A stretch of DNA of 64,000 nt from Felis catus (lineage: Eukaryota), in the NCBI RefSeq assembly GCF_018350175.1, contig NC_058383.1, positions 2,914,001 through 2,978,000 on the forward strand, read 5' to 3'. The notes beneath the pieces were generated by a model. That model made no database searches. It saw only the letters and a program-made list of their open reading frames with translations, and was not told where the DNA came from. Position 1 is the first letter of the stretch; each line of letters starts with the position of its first letter. The translations under genes were made by a program, and so were the position numbers. Shown one piece after another: positions 13,197 to 24,989 of the stretch.

Positions 13197-13839
13197 CAAC
13201 TTTGTGTTTACTTGCTCCACGACTAACATCATAATGCAGTCTTGCAAATAGTGAAAAAATGAAAATATTTTCCAGCCTGTTGTGTTACAGTATAGAAAAG
13301 TTTCCGTAATACTGTCCCATGTATGAAGACACTTAGAATTCAAAGAAATATATGTAGTTATGTGACTTTGAGAATTTCTCTTTCTTCGTCCACCATCCCG
13401 TTGGAAACCTCATTGTTTACTGTTTGCAAAAGTCTTGTCAGGTTTGTTAATAATCAGATTCAAGTTGTGCCGAGATATCCCTTTCTTCCTCCCTCTTTTT
13501 GTTTTCTGGTTCTTCCTGTTTTTTTTCTCACCTCAGAGCTTATCCACTGTGAAGTCCCTAATGATGTCGGTTAACCCATTCCGCCTTAACCATGAGAAAA
13601 CCACATGCAACCAACCGTTGTTGTTGTTTTGTAATTTTTAATGGTGTGTGTTGCTACCTCAGCTCTGTCGACACCATGATAGAACTGATCCTGCAGCCAC
13701 AGCCCCTCTGTCCTGGTCCTGCCACTGGAACCGTAGCAGAGCTTAGACCCCCGTGTCCCCTACCCCATACTCCCCAATGTGCCGAAGCCCCATACCAGTG
13801 CCTGAGCAGGGCGAGTACTTGATTTTGTGGCCGGTCTTT

Positions 13840-14445
13840 CTCAGTGCTTACAGTGGTTGCTGGGACACTTGACTTGGGCCGAGGGGCATCGCCGGCATGT
13901 AAAGAATGCTGATTTCTGGTCCCCACAATCAGAGGTCCTGATTCGGCAGCTGTGGTAGCTTGAAAAATGACACCACCCATCGAATATCCAACATCACATC
14001 TCCAGATCTGTGAATATTCCCTTATTTGGAAAGAGGGTCTTGGTGGATGTGATTAAATCCAGGATCTGAGGATGAGATTATTTTGGATTCTCTAGGTGGG
14101 CTCTGAACGTCATTGCAGGTGTCCTTATAAGAGAGACACAGGGGAGAAGACAGACTGAGGAGGAGGAAGAGGCGGTGTGACCACAGAGGCAGAGATGGGA
14201 GTCGCGTGGCCGCATGTAGAGGAATGCTGATAGCCGCTAGAAGCTGGAAAAGGCAAGGAGTGGATTTTTCCCGAGAGCTTCCAGAAATCTAACAGAGGAC
14301 CCTTGTGTTGTCTGAAGCACCCAGTTTGCATTTCGTGATGGCAGCCACAGGCAACTGACCTGGTGGCTTTGGATGGAGCCCAGGAATATGCATTTTTGAC
14401 AAGCCCCTGGGTGATTCTGATACCAGTGCTCACCTCACTACCCTG
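13840..14445. mobile_element. MER5A-like hAT relic split by a MaLR LTR
   Basis: Left half aagaatgctgatttctggtcccca…ctgattcggcag (to about 13950). Right half ggagcccaggaatatgcattttgacaagcccctgggtgattctgat (from about 14361). Confidence 0.6.
13951..14360 (+). mobile_element. MaLR solo LTR (MLT1B/C-like)
   Basis: tgtggtag start, ctgtgaatattcccttatttggaaagagggtct, gtccttataagaga, ctagaagctggaaaaggcaaggagtggat, end gcagccacaggcaactga. Confidence 0.85.
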
Positions 14446-15229
14446 CGCGCATATTGGCTGGGAAGTTGGGGCCTCCTGTTTGTGCCCTCTGACCTGCAGC
14501 CAACGTGAGAGGACAGCTAGCATCTCAAGTTGACACTTGGACGCACTTTTTACCGGACTGAGAGACAGTGGTGGTCTTGAGTTCTCTTGGAACTGTAATC
14601 TGGGTTGGTTTGGATTAACTGTTGGTCTGGTCTAGGTCTCTAAGGTCTATAAAGTAATCTCATTCATTACTCCATTTTGCTACAAAGCATGGCTATGAGG
14701 TGGGAGAGGAGACAAGTAGGAAGATTTTAGGAAGTACAAGTTATGTGGGATTTTTTATATGGAGAACTTTGTCACTTTCATTAAAGTGCTAACCGGTTCA
14801 CTGTAATTTATTTCCTATTCATAGTAAATAGTAAATAACAACTGCTTTCTTCTTTCTTATATAAACCTGGACCCAAGGTTGATGGGTTGGCAATTTATAT
14901 ATGACTTATTCTACAACATTTTTGAGGCACTATGCAATAAGAATACATGAATACGGTATCCAGAAAACCAAATTGCAAGATGAAATTGATATAATCAGAT
15001 CATAAAAACCAACTCAGTTTCTAGAGTGTTGTCTTTATCATTCATTTCAATGTTACCTTTTTTTTTTTGAAGTTTCCCCTTTAAAAGAGCTTTTACTTCG
15101 TTACTAAATCCTCATTACTAAATTTTATTAAAAGTTTTCAAGTCTCCTCAGATGTACTTGTGTTGGTGTGTGCGCGTGCAAGCACTGAGTTCTGTGTCAT
15201 GGATGTAGGTTGGTGTTTCCACAGCCAGG

Positions 15230-16630
15230 ACACAGAAAAGTTCTGTTCGTATGAGGACCTCTTGTGTTGTGCTTTCATAACCACCCCTGCCTCAGTCTCT
15301 CATCTGTGGCAGTGACAAATTTGTTTTCCATTTGTCTAATTTGTCGTTTGAAAAATGTCACAGTATGTAACTTTTCAGGATTTGCTTTCTCACTCAACAT
15401 AATTTTCTAGGACATCATCTACATTGTTGTATTTATCAACACGTCTTCCTTTTTATTGCCAAGGAGTATTTGATGATCTCTGTCTACCACGGTTTGTGTA
15501 ACCATTTGCCCATCGAGGGACCTCTGGTTTATTTCCATTTTTTGCCTATTGCCAGTCAAGCTGCTGTGAACATTTATGTGCAGGTTTCTTTGTGAACGTG
15601 AGTTTTCCTTTCTCTGGGATAAATGCCCAAGAGTGCAATTGTTGGGTTGTAGAATAATTGCATGTTCAGTTTCATGAGAAACTGTCAAACTATTTTTCAG
15701 AGCGGCCATACAATTTTTAGCATTCCACCCGCAATGTATGAATGGTGTAGTTTCTCTGCATCCTTGCCAGTGTTGGTTATTGTCATTGTTGTCAAGCTTC
15801 GACATTCAAGTTTAGACATGATGGCTTCATACTGCTGTAATGGCTGTTGACTTAGACGTCTTTGGATGCCTGTTGTACAGTTGGATTTTTTTGTTGGGTT
15901 TTGAGAGTTCTCTATATATTCAGATACTTGTTCTTTGTTGCGTATATAGTTTGAAAACATTTTCTCCCAGTCTGTAGATTTTTTCATCCTCTTAACAGGA
16001 TCTTCGTAGAGCAAAGGTTTATAATTCTGATAAAGTCCAGTTTATCAAGTTTTCTTTTATGGATTATGCTTTTAAGAGTCAAGTCTAAGAACTTATTGTC
16101 TACCATTAATTCCCTAAGATGTTCTCCAATTAAAAAAACTTTTGGAGTTTCAAACTTTAGGTTTAAGTCTGTGAACCATTTTGAGTTAATTTTTGTATAA
16201 GATTTGAGACTTAGGTTGAGGTTCTTTATTTTTTTTTTCCTTATAACCCATGTATATCCCTGTGTTCCAGCTCCATGTGTTGAAAAGGCTTTTCTTTTAC
16301 TGAATTGTTTTTGCACCTTTACCAAAAATCAGTTGAACATATTTGTGTGTGTATTTCTGGATTTTCTCTTCTGTTCCATCCGTCTCTGTTCCTCTGCCAG
16401 TACCATCCAGTTGTGATTATTGTGGACTGTGGGCCCTAACATGGGGTAGAGGGATACTTTTCACTTTGTTCTTCTCTGTCAAGATTGTTGTAGCTATTCT
16501 AGGTTCTTCACATAGGAATTTTTGAGATCTCTTTTCTACCTATGTCTTCAACGTCTATATTTGTACTGGGATTTTGATAGAAACCATGTTAAATCAATAG
16601 ATCAGTGTGTAAGGGGAAGATTGACATTCT
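15230..16630 (-). mobile_element. LINE-1 3' fragment (L1MB-like)
   Basis: Antisense L1 motifs (gataaatgcccaagagtgcaattgttggg, agaaactgtcaaactatttttcagagcgg). Minus ORF 15984-16325 includes SYTKINSKWFTDLNLK, an L1 ORF2-like motif. Confidence 0.88.
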
Positions 16631-16639
16631 TTAAGGAAA

Positions 16640-18770
16640 GGTTTGCTACTCATAAATTCTTTGTTTTCCTTTATCACAAATGTTTTTATTCCCTCTTCAT
16701 TCCTCAAGGACGTTTTTATTGATACAGAAATTATGGTTGACAGCTGTTTTTTTTCAGCACTTTAAGAATGTGTCACTTCCTTCTGGTCTTCACAGATTTT
16801 GCTGGGAAATCTGTCATTTGAATTGTTACCCCTCGATAAGTAAGTTTCTCTTGTACTGATTTCAGTTTTTTTCTTTAGTTTTCATTGATTTGTCTTGGTG
16901 TGAATTTTTTTAGAGGAGGGTGGCTATCCTGTGAGGGATTTATTCAGCTTCTTGAATTTGTAGATTTATGTCTTTTGCTAAATTTGGGAAATACTATTTC
17001 TTCAAATAATTCTTTCAGCCCCACTAGCTTCTCCTGTCTTTCTGGGACTCCAGTGATACAAATTTGGACCTTTGGTTATTGTACTACAGGTTCAGAGGCT
17101 CTGTATTGTCTCTGTGATGTTGTGATCACTAAGTTTTGTTGTTCAGTCTTCAGTCCTGTTATTTACATTTTCCAATTGAATGCTTCCAGAAGGTTTGTTT
17201 TTTAGATTTCTCTTACTGTAATTTTCAATTCTGGAACTTGTATTTGGATTCCTTTCTTATAGCTTCTGTCTTATTTTTTTGCTGAGATTATCATTTCCTT
17301 TTTTCTTTCATTTGTTTTAAGAGAATTTATAATTGCTTGGTGGTGCGTCTTTATGATGGCTGCTTTAAAATTCTTGTCAGATACTGTGGACAACAGTATG
17401 GCGGTTCCTCAAAAAATTAAAAATAGAAGCACCATATGATCCAACAATTCCTACTATTGGCTATTTACACAAAGAAAATTAAAACATTAGTTTAAAAAGA
17501 TATACATACCCCATGTTTATTGCAGCATTATTTAGAAAAACCAAGAATACAGAAGCCACCCAAGTGTCTATCAATAGATGAAGGCATAAAGAAGATGTGT
17601 GTGCATCTACACACATGCACGCACACACACATACAATGGAATACTACTGAGCCATAAAAAGGATGAGATCTTGGCGTTTGCAACATGGATGGATCTGGAG
17701 AGCATTAGGCCAAGTGAAATAAGTCAGACTGAGAAAGACAAATACCATAGGATTTCACTCATGTGGAATCTAAAAACCAAAACAAATGGATAAACAAAAA
17801 GCAGGATCACACCTATACATACGGAGAACAAAGTTGTGGTTGCCAGAAGGAAGGGGGATGAAGGATGTGTGTGCAAAATGGGTGAAGGGGAGAGGGAGAC
17901 ACAGGCTTCCAGTTATGGAATGAATGAGTCACGGGAATAAAAGGCCCAACATAGGGAATATCATCAATGATACTCTAACAGTGTTGTATGGTCACAGAAG
18001 ATAGCTACTCTTGACAGCCTCATATACGCAGAAGTTGAATCACTACTTTGTACACCTGAAACTAATGTAGCATTCTGTATCAACTATACTTAAAAAAATT
18101 AAAAATAAATACAATTCTCATCAGAAAATTCTAACATGTGTTAGAGTGTTGTGAATCTTTTCTCATTTAAGTTGTGATTTTTCTGATTTCTGATTTTCAC
18201 TTGTGCCTTGGACGTTTTGGCTCTCAATTGTTTGGTCCTACTTAAACCTTTTACTTTAATTGACAGTCACCATGTTTAGGTTCAGCACTTGGATCCTGGT
18301 CACCTTTTGTTAGTGGTTCCAATGACATCTTAATTTTTAGAGCCTTTGTCTTATTGTTTTGATCTGTTTGTTTTCGTCTGCTGCCTACAGGCTTTTGCAC
18401 CGATTCCTGCTGCTGCCTCCTGGAGGTGCAGAAGGTGCCTTCATGTTCTGTGCTTCTCAGTGACATTGAGTAGAAGAAGGGAGTCTCAGACCTGGGGGCA
18501 AAGAGGAATTCTGTTCCCAGCCCCTTATTGTCAGTGAGGTTCTTAACTGGAACCCCCTTTGGTAATGCTGTGCTCACCTGCTGTCCTTGCTGGGATTCCC
18601 GTTGACCAGCGGGGGTTGGGGGGAGGGTGTGGAAAGGAGCTTGCTAGTTGAGAGGTGGAAAAACACCAGGCCTGGCTTGCTGTCCTCTCTTGGGTTGGGA
18701 TTCCTAAGATGCCTGCCAATCTTGGCATCCCTCACTGATCGACTTCTTCTTTCTGCCTTTCAGAAGTCTT
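16640..18770 (-). mobile_element. Older L1M fragment (ORF1/5' region), host of the plus-strand L1 below
   Basis: Antisense L1 motifs (ttttcagcactttaagaatgtgtcacttccttctgg, ctgggactccagtgatacaaat). It resumes after 18110. Confidence 0.65.
17384..18110 (+). mobile_element. 5'-truncated carnivore LINE-1 (ORF2 C-terminus and 3'UTR)
   Basis: ORF 17599-17793 contains KKDEILAFATWMDLESIRPSEISQTEKDKYHRISL (L1 ORF2p C-terminus). L1_Carn-type 3'UTR (acaggcttccagttatggaatgaat…tacacctgaaactaatg) and A-tail. Degraded TSD aaaattcttgtcagata (17367-17383) / acaattctcatcagaaa (18111-18127). Confidence 0.93.
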
Positions 18771-20370
18771 GAAGGATGAGGGTCTGTCATAATTGGTGTC
18801 TGTGTCCTTCCCCAGTCTGTTCCCATGCGTGTGTCACACATGTCCTCTGCCCGTCATCCTCCCAATTCACAGCTTTTACTTAAAACGGAACTTGGTGCTT
18901 ATGTTTTATGACTGTTCAGTATTGTTCTTTATTATTCCTAGCTGGCCCACACTGTACCCCATGATGATATTTCTTTCCTTCACAGGTTTCTGTTTTGTTT
19001 AGTTTTCTATCTATTTATTATTAGCTTACCCCTAAACTCCATGAAGTTCAACTTAAAATGGCCAAACATACCAGTTGGCTTACTATTCAGTGTTTGTTTT
19101 TGTTTTTAATCATTTCTCTTTATTCTTTCCCTTGGAGATGTTCCTCTGAGAGCCAGGGTCAGTCTGAGCTGGTTGTTCCCTGGGACTTCTGCTCAGCTCC
19201 CATCTTGGAGTTTTATGTCACCAATATTGTACCTGCTTCCTTCTCTGGTCTCCTTTGTTGTCTCTCTGATTCTCTCCATTCCACATGTCTATTTCTTTTT
19301 TTAATCCTTGTTCATTGGTGCACACCCTCTGGGTATTTTCTGAGAATGCACATATGAAAAGTAAGTTTTTAGATACCTTAGATCTTTGAAAACGTCTTTA
19401 TTTTACTCATGTAGCTATGAAATTCTTGGTCAGAAATCATTTTCCTTTAGAATTTTTCACAGTATTCCCCCATTGTCTTACAGCCTCCAGTGATTGTCTT
19501 GGGAAATAAAATGACATTCTGATTCTTACATTTGACATACAAAAATATGAATACTTTTAGATAATTGTCTTTATCTTTGATGTTGTGAAATTATGCATTG
19601 ATAGGCCTTTATGTGGCATTGTGGGTCTGGGCTGGATCTAACTGGTGTTCTTTAATCTGGAAACTGTTATTCTTTCCTGGGAATATGTCTAATATTATTA
19701 GTATTATTGGTCAAGTCTTTCCTCTTGTGTTTCTCCTCTTGCTTGTGGAACTCTGCTAGAATATAAGCTCTACAACTCGAGGAATTTGTGTCTCTTTTGT
19801 TTATTGTATCCTGAGTGCCTAGAACAGCGTCTTTACAGAGTAAGTACTCTGTACAATAAATATTTGTTGAATGAATGAAGTGAACTTCTTCTGTTTGACA
19901 GTTAAATATCCTGGATTTATACTCTAATTGTCTTTCCTCTTCTCTTGTGCAGCTGTTTTGCCTTTTGTTTTGTACATGGGGAGATTCCGTCACTGGTTCT
20001 TTGCAGTTTTCTATTGTTTTGTCTGCTAGTATATTATTATTTCTAAGATTATTATTATTATTTCCACCTTTTTTCACTTCTATATATTTTTTGTAAAGCA
20101 CCTGTATGGGCAGGATTCTGGTGAGAAACAGAATAATCTAACACGTATACTGTTAACTGGAATTGGTTATTATATATATGATGATGAGGTAGAGGTCCAG
20201 ATTTACTTTTTCCATACGTGTATCTGACACAACATCATTATTAATATGATCATCCTTTCTCAGGCACTGTAGTACCACATTTGTTATAAATTAAGTGACT
20301 ATGTTAGTCTCTATTATTCTTTTTTAAGATTCTTGTGCCATTACCACACTATTTTAATTACTCCAGTTTT

Positions 20371-21009
20371 TTTAAATTTTTAAAAAATTTTTTAATTTTT
20401 TAAAATTTATATCCAAATCAGTTAGCATATAGTACAATACTGATTTCACGAGTAGATTCCTTGATGCCCCTTACCTATTTAGCCCATCCTCCCTCCCACA
20501 ACCCCTCCAGTAACCCTCAGTTTGTTTTCCATATTTAGGAGTCTCCTCTGTTTTGTCCCCCTCCCTGTTTTTATATTAATTTTGTTTCCCTTCCCTTATG
20601 TTCATCTGTTTTGTCTCTTAAAGCCCTCATATGAGTGAAGTCATATGATTTTTGTCTTTCTCTGACTAATTTCACTTAGCATAATATCCTCCAGTTCCAT
20701 CCACGTAGTTGCAAATGGCAAGATTTCATTCTTTTTGATCCCCGAGTAATACTCCATTGTATATATAGACCACATCTTCTTTATCCATTCATCCATCGAT
20801 GGACATCTGGGGTCTTTCCATCCTTTGGCTATTGTCGATAGTGCTGCTATAAACATAGGGGTGCATGTGTCCCTTCGAAACAGCACACCTGTATCCCGTG
20901 GATAAATGCCTAGTAGTGCAATTGCTGGGTCGTAGGGTAGTTCTATTTTTAGTTTTTTGAGGAACCTCCATACTGTTTTCCAGAGTGGCTGCACCAGCTT
21001 GCATTCCCA
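20371..21009 (-). mobile_element. Young felid LINE-1, 5'-truncated (ORF2 C-terminus, 3'UTR, poly(A))
   Basis: Minus ORF 20641-21039 [37 protein letters not shown]…EILPFATTWMELEDIMLSEIS is a near-intact L1 ORF2p C-terminus. TSD taattactccagtttt (20355-20370) / taattaatccagtttt (21264-21279). Confidence 0.96.
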
Positions 21010-21014
21010 TAATT

Positions 21015-21253
21015 TTTTTTTTTTAATTTTTTTTTTCAACGTTTTTTTTTTTTTTTAATTAATTTTGGGACAGAGAGAGACAGAGCATGAACCGGGGAGG
21101 GGCAGAGGGAGAGAGAGAGACACAGAATCAGAAACAGGCTCCAGGCTCCGAGCCATCAGCCCAGAGCCTGACGCGGGGCTCCAACCCACGGACCGCGAGA
21201 TCGTGACCTGGCTGAAGTCGGACGCTTAACCGACTGCGCCACCCAGGCGCCCC
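21015..21253 (-). mobile_element. Young SINEC_Fc-type CAN-SINE
   Basis: Felid-type body with CpGs retained. Perfect 15-bp TSD TGCATTCCCATAATT at 21000-21014 and 21254-21268. Confidence 0.97.
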
Positions 21254-21503
21254 TGCATTCCCATAATTAATCCAGTTTTATAAACAGATTTTATATTAGG
21301 TAATGAAAGTCTCTAAATTTGTTCTTCAACATTGTCTTGATTATTATTGACCTTTTTATATTTCCTTATAAGTTTGTAGAATCAATGGTCAAATCACAGA
21401 CACACACAAACACTTAAAAATACTCTGCTAAGATTCTGAATGGGATTGCATTAAATCTGTAGGTCAGTGTGAGGACAACGGACATCATTAAAGTTCTGTA
21501 TTT

Positions 21504-21716
21504 AAAAAATATTTTTTTTAACGTTTATTTTTGAGACAGAGAGAGAGAACATGAACAGGGGAGGGTCAGAGAAAGAGGGAGACACAGAATCTGAAACAGG
21601 CTCCAGGCTCTGAGCTGTCAGCACAGAGCCTGACGCAGGGCTCAAACCCATGGACTGCGAGATCATGACCTGAGCCGAAGTCTGACGCTTAACCGACTGA
21701 ACCACCCAGGTGCCCC
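21504..21716 (-). mobile_element. CAN-SINE (SINEC_Fc-type)
   Basis: Full body. TSD core GTTCTGTATTT at 21493-21503 and 21721-21731. Confidence 0.95.
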
Positions 21717-22029
21717 TACTGTTCTGTATTTTTAATGCATGACTTTAGCATGTTATTCTTTCTATTTTAAGTTTTGCATGTTTAGAGAACAGATGGCTTG
21801 ATATTTTGTCTGTCTGTGCCCTGAAGTATTTTGTCCATTTAGTAGGAATTTGTGTTGTATTTGTAGTAAATTCTTATACCCATTTTTTGCAGAGGATATA
21901 ATTTTAGGTTTGAAGTTTTACATACTTGATCACTTTGAAATGTGTTTGGTCCCAAGCGATTTGAAACTCATGAATCTTCCCTGTGTTTTGTTTTGTTTTA
22001 AAATTTGTCTGAAGTTGACAGATACTCAG

Positions 22030-22530
22030 GACAGGGCTGGATGTTGCCACTCCTCGTGCCATCAGGAACTCCAGCTCTCCTGGTCTTTCTGCTTCTCCTT
22101 CCTGAATGCGCTGGTTTCTGTCCTTATGCTTGCCACCTCTTAGCTGAGACATCACTTCTCTGTTCCAGGCAGGACGTGGGGAAAAGGGCTGAGAGATGAA
22201 AGGAGATGTCTGCAAAATGGATTTGTTCTTTCTCTCTTTTAAAACCAAGTAAGCAAACGCTTTGCCAAGTCTCCTCCCCACACATTGCTGCCTCCAGAAC
22301 TGAGAACTGTTGTTGGCCAGAACTCAGTCTCACAGATTCTCCAGACCCATCACAAATCAATGACAGTAAGGTCACCACAGTGACCAGTTCATCTAAACCA
22401 GTTGTAACTCCTATCCAGGGCCTAAGGTGAGGGCCTCCTCTCCCTCTCTACTGCTACCTGGACTGGCTGGGGTTCTATTAGCAGAAAAAGAGGAGAGAGA
22501 AGTACTGTGGAGGTAAGAGAAGGTGTCTGT
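22030..22530 (-). mobile_element. Old MaLR LTR (MLT1J/K-like)
   Basis: gccatcaggaactccagctctcc…tgtccttatgcttgccacctc…ggggttctattagcagaaaaagagg. Family from recall. Confidence 0.55.
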
Positions 22531-23402
22531 CATATTTATTGACATTTCCAAATGTATATGTTAATTTTCTGAAACTTGCCTGTTTCTGGATAGGGAAGAA
22601 AATGATTTTAATTTTTAGTATTTTTGTTTTTTGTCCAACATTTTAAAATTACGTGATTTTGGGATGTGTTTATTTTGAAGTCTGTTTTTTGTTTGTTTGT
22701 TTTGTTTTTTGTTTTTTGTTTTTTTTATCTGTTAAGATCTGGTGATATTTTAAGATGGTAAATGGCATCCCTACTTCCAAAAACGATTGCTCGCTGAAGT
22801 GTTTTAGGCATAGTGGAATTTATCTTTTTAATGGAAAATGCTTTTTAAATTTTCATCAGCCAAACTGTAGAAATGGGACAGCTATAGTGACCTGGGCCAC
22901 ATACTGTCACCTGCTTGCTGCGGTATGTTTGGGGATGATTAAGTTATATGTTTCATAAGAATAGTCTGAGGAAGATGGAGATAGGTGAATTAAATCACTT
23001 CATCCCAGAAGGGTTGGTTAGTGAATTATTAATTTTTAGGAACTCTGCTTTAGAATCTGAATCAGTAAATATCTTTACTATAGACTATAGGTATTTATGT
23101 TACTGAAAAACTGAAATTGTTTTTTGTATATCTGTTATTTGATGACAGTTCAGTTTTTAGAACTGATTTTATTTTTTCAGCTCTCAAGGAAGGAATTTGG
23201 AAATGTGCTTTTAAGGAAGAGCAGATGTTATAGTAGTTTATAGTGGGTTAGTATGTCCTAAGTTAACGTATCCAGAATCTCATTCACTCACTTTCCAAAA
23301 GTAATGACCTGAATCTTGCAGTTTTCCCCCCTTTATGTCTATCTTTATTTTGTAGGTTATATTATCTTGCCTAATGTCCCAATTTAAGAAGAATTAGGAA
23401 TA

Positions 23403-23769
23403 TTTTGGCCCTTGAACACCAGGGGGGTTAAGGGTGCCGACCTCTGTGTAATCAAAAATCTGAATATAACTTATGATTCTGCCAAAACTTAACTACTTAT
23501 TACAACTCACTGTTGACCAGAATTCTTATCAATAGCAAAAACAGTTACCATCTATTTGTATGTTATACGTATTGTATATATTATATTATATATTATGTTA
23601 TATATAATATGTATATGACGTATTCTTACACTACCATAAGCTAGAGAAAAGAAAGTGTTATTAAAATCATAAGAGACAGCGCACTTACGGTACTGTTTTG
23701 TATTTATTAAAAGTAACCAAGTGTAAGTAAACCACGGAGTGCAAACCCGTGTCGTTCAAGGGTCAACTA
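23403..23769. mobile_element. Tigger2a-like non-autonomous Tc1/mariner DNA transposon
   Basis: Terminal inverted repeats ttggcccttgaaca… / …cgttcaagggtcaact. Interior aagctagagaaaagaaagtgttattaaaatcataag matches Tigger2a as recalled. Confidence 0.88.
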
Positions 23770-24682
23770 TGTGTGTGGTGTCAAGTAGCTTTGTTAGTCA
23801 TTGTGAATAAATCAATTAAAAACTGACGTAAGGGCCAAAACAACCCAATTATTATAAATTGGACGATGAATGAATCTTAAAATTATTCAACTTACTTCGA
23901 GAAACCAGTTTTGGTTATCTGTATTTCCTCGTGGCTCTGTTCCTTATCATTTGGCCTTTTAAAAATAAGAAATCTTAGACTAGATTCTTGACTGAAGACC
24001 CTTTTTATTTTTGATAAATGTTTCTTTTTACATTCCAAATAATACATAAACCAGAACAAATCACAGCCAATTTGAGAAACATACATATCTGAGGTGGAGA
24101 TACCACAGGCTACTATACATATACATACGATTTAACTAGATTGTACACATTTTGATGTTTTTGATGGCTTGTAAAGTTTTCACTTTAACTCTCATGTATG
24201 ATGGTTGGTGTGTTGTACGAGTCAATTTGGAGAGCGATCTAGCTAAGAAATGCTGAAACTCTGACTCAGAGGTCAGAGGCCCTAAGTAGCCTTTCTGGTG
24301 TTGGATCTTGGCTTTTGTCTAGCTTTTCTTGATTCTTGCCCATTTTTGAAGCCTTGTTTTCCACTCGTAACAATTTTGTGAGCATCGTGGTCTCATTCCC
24401 ATGAATTCCTTGCCTACTTGATGTGCCTAAAGTTGGACGCTATGATTTAAAACCACCATGAGCGGTATAACAAGCACATGAAGTTTTAGACAGCATCCAC
24501 GTCTCCCTGAGAAGTCTTGTGATTTCACTAGGCAGGATGTCTTTGTGCCAGAGTCACAGTTGGGAAAAATAATGTGGAGGAAAAACCAAACCAGAGGACA
24601 GAGCAACGGCTGCTGTCGAGTGACATCAGGGCTGAATTCAAGTTTTAAGATCTGGATTAGAATCCTCCGGGCACTTAGGGGC

Positions 24683-24899
24683 AGGGCACCTGGGTGGCTC
24701 AGTCGGTTAAGCATCTGACTCTTGGCTTCAGCTGTGGTCATGATCTCATGGCTCATGAGTTTGAGCCCCACGTCAGGCTTCCCTCTGATAGGGTGGATCC
24801 TACTTGGGATTCTTTTTCTCCCTCTCTCTCTCTCTGCCCCTCCCCTGCTTGCTCTCTCTCTCTCTCTCTAAATAAACAAACTAACTGAACAACAAAACA
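24683..24899 (+). mobile_element. CAN-SINE
   Basis: gggcacctgggtggctcagtcggttaagcatctgact head, (CT)n, AATAAA and A-rich tail. Diverged TSD agaatcctccgggcacttag / agaatccttctggtacttag. Confidence 0.93.
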
Positions 24900-24989
24900 A
24901 GAATCCTTCTGGTACTTAGCAGTTGTGTGACTTTGGTCATTGTTGAACTATTCTGAGATGTTTCTTTTTGGCCTCAAAAGTTTTCCCCA

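Noticed and set aside
20641..21039. 132-aa ORF with a real protein signature
   Set aside because: It is the C-terminus of L1 ORF2p in a 5'-truncated copy. Its apparent start lies in the adjacent SINE tail, so it is not a host CDS.
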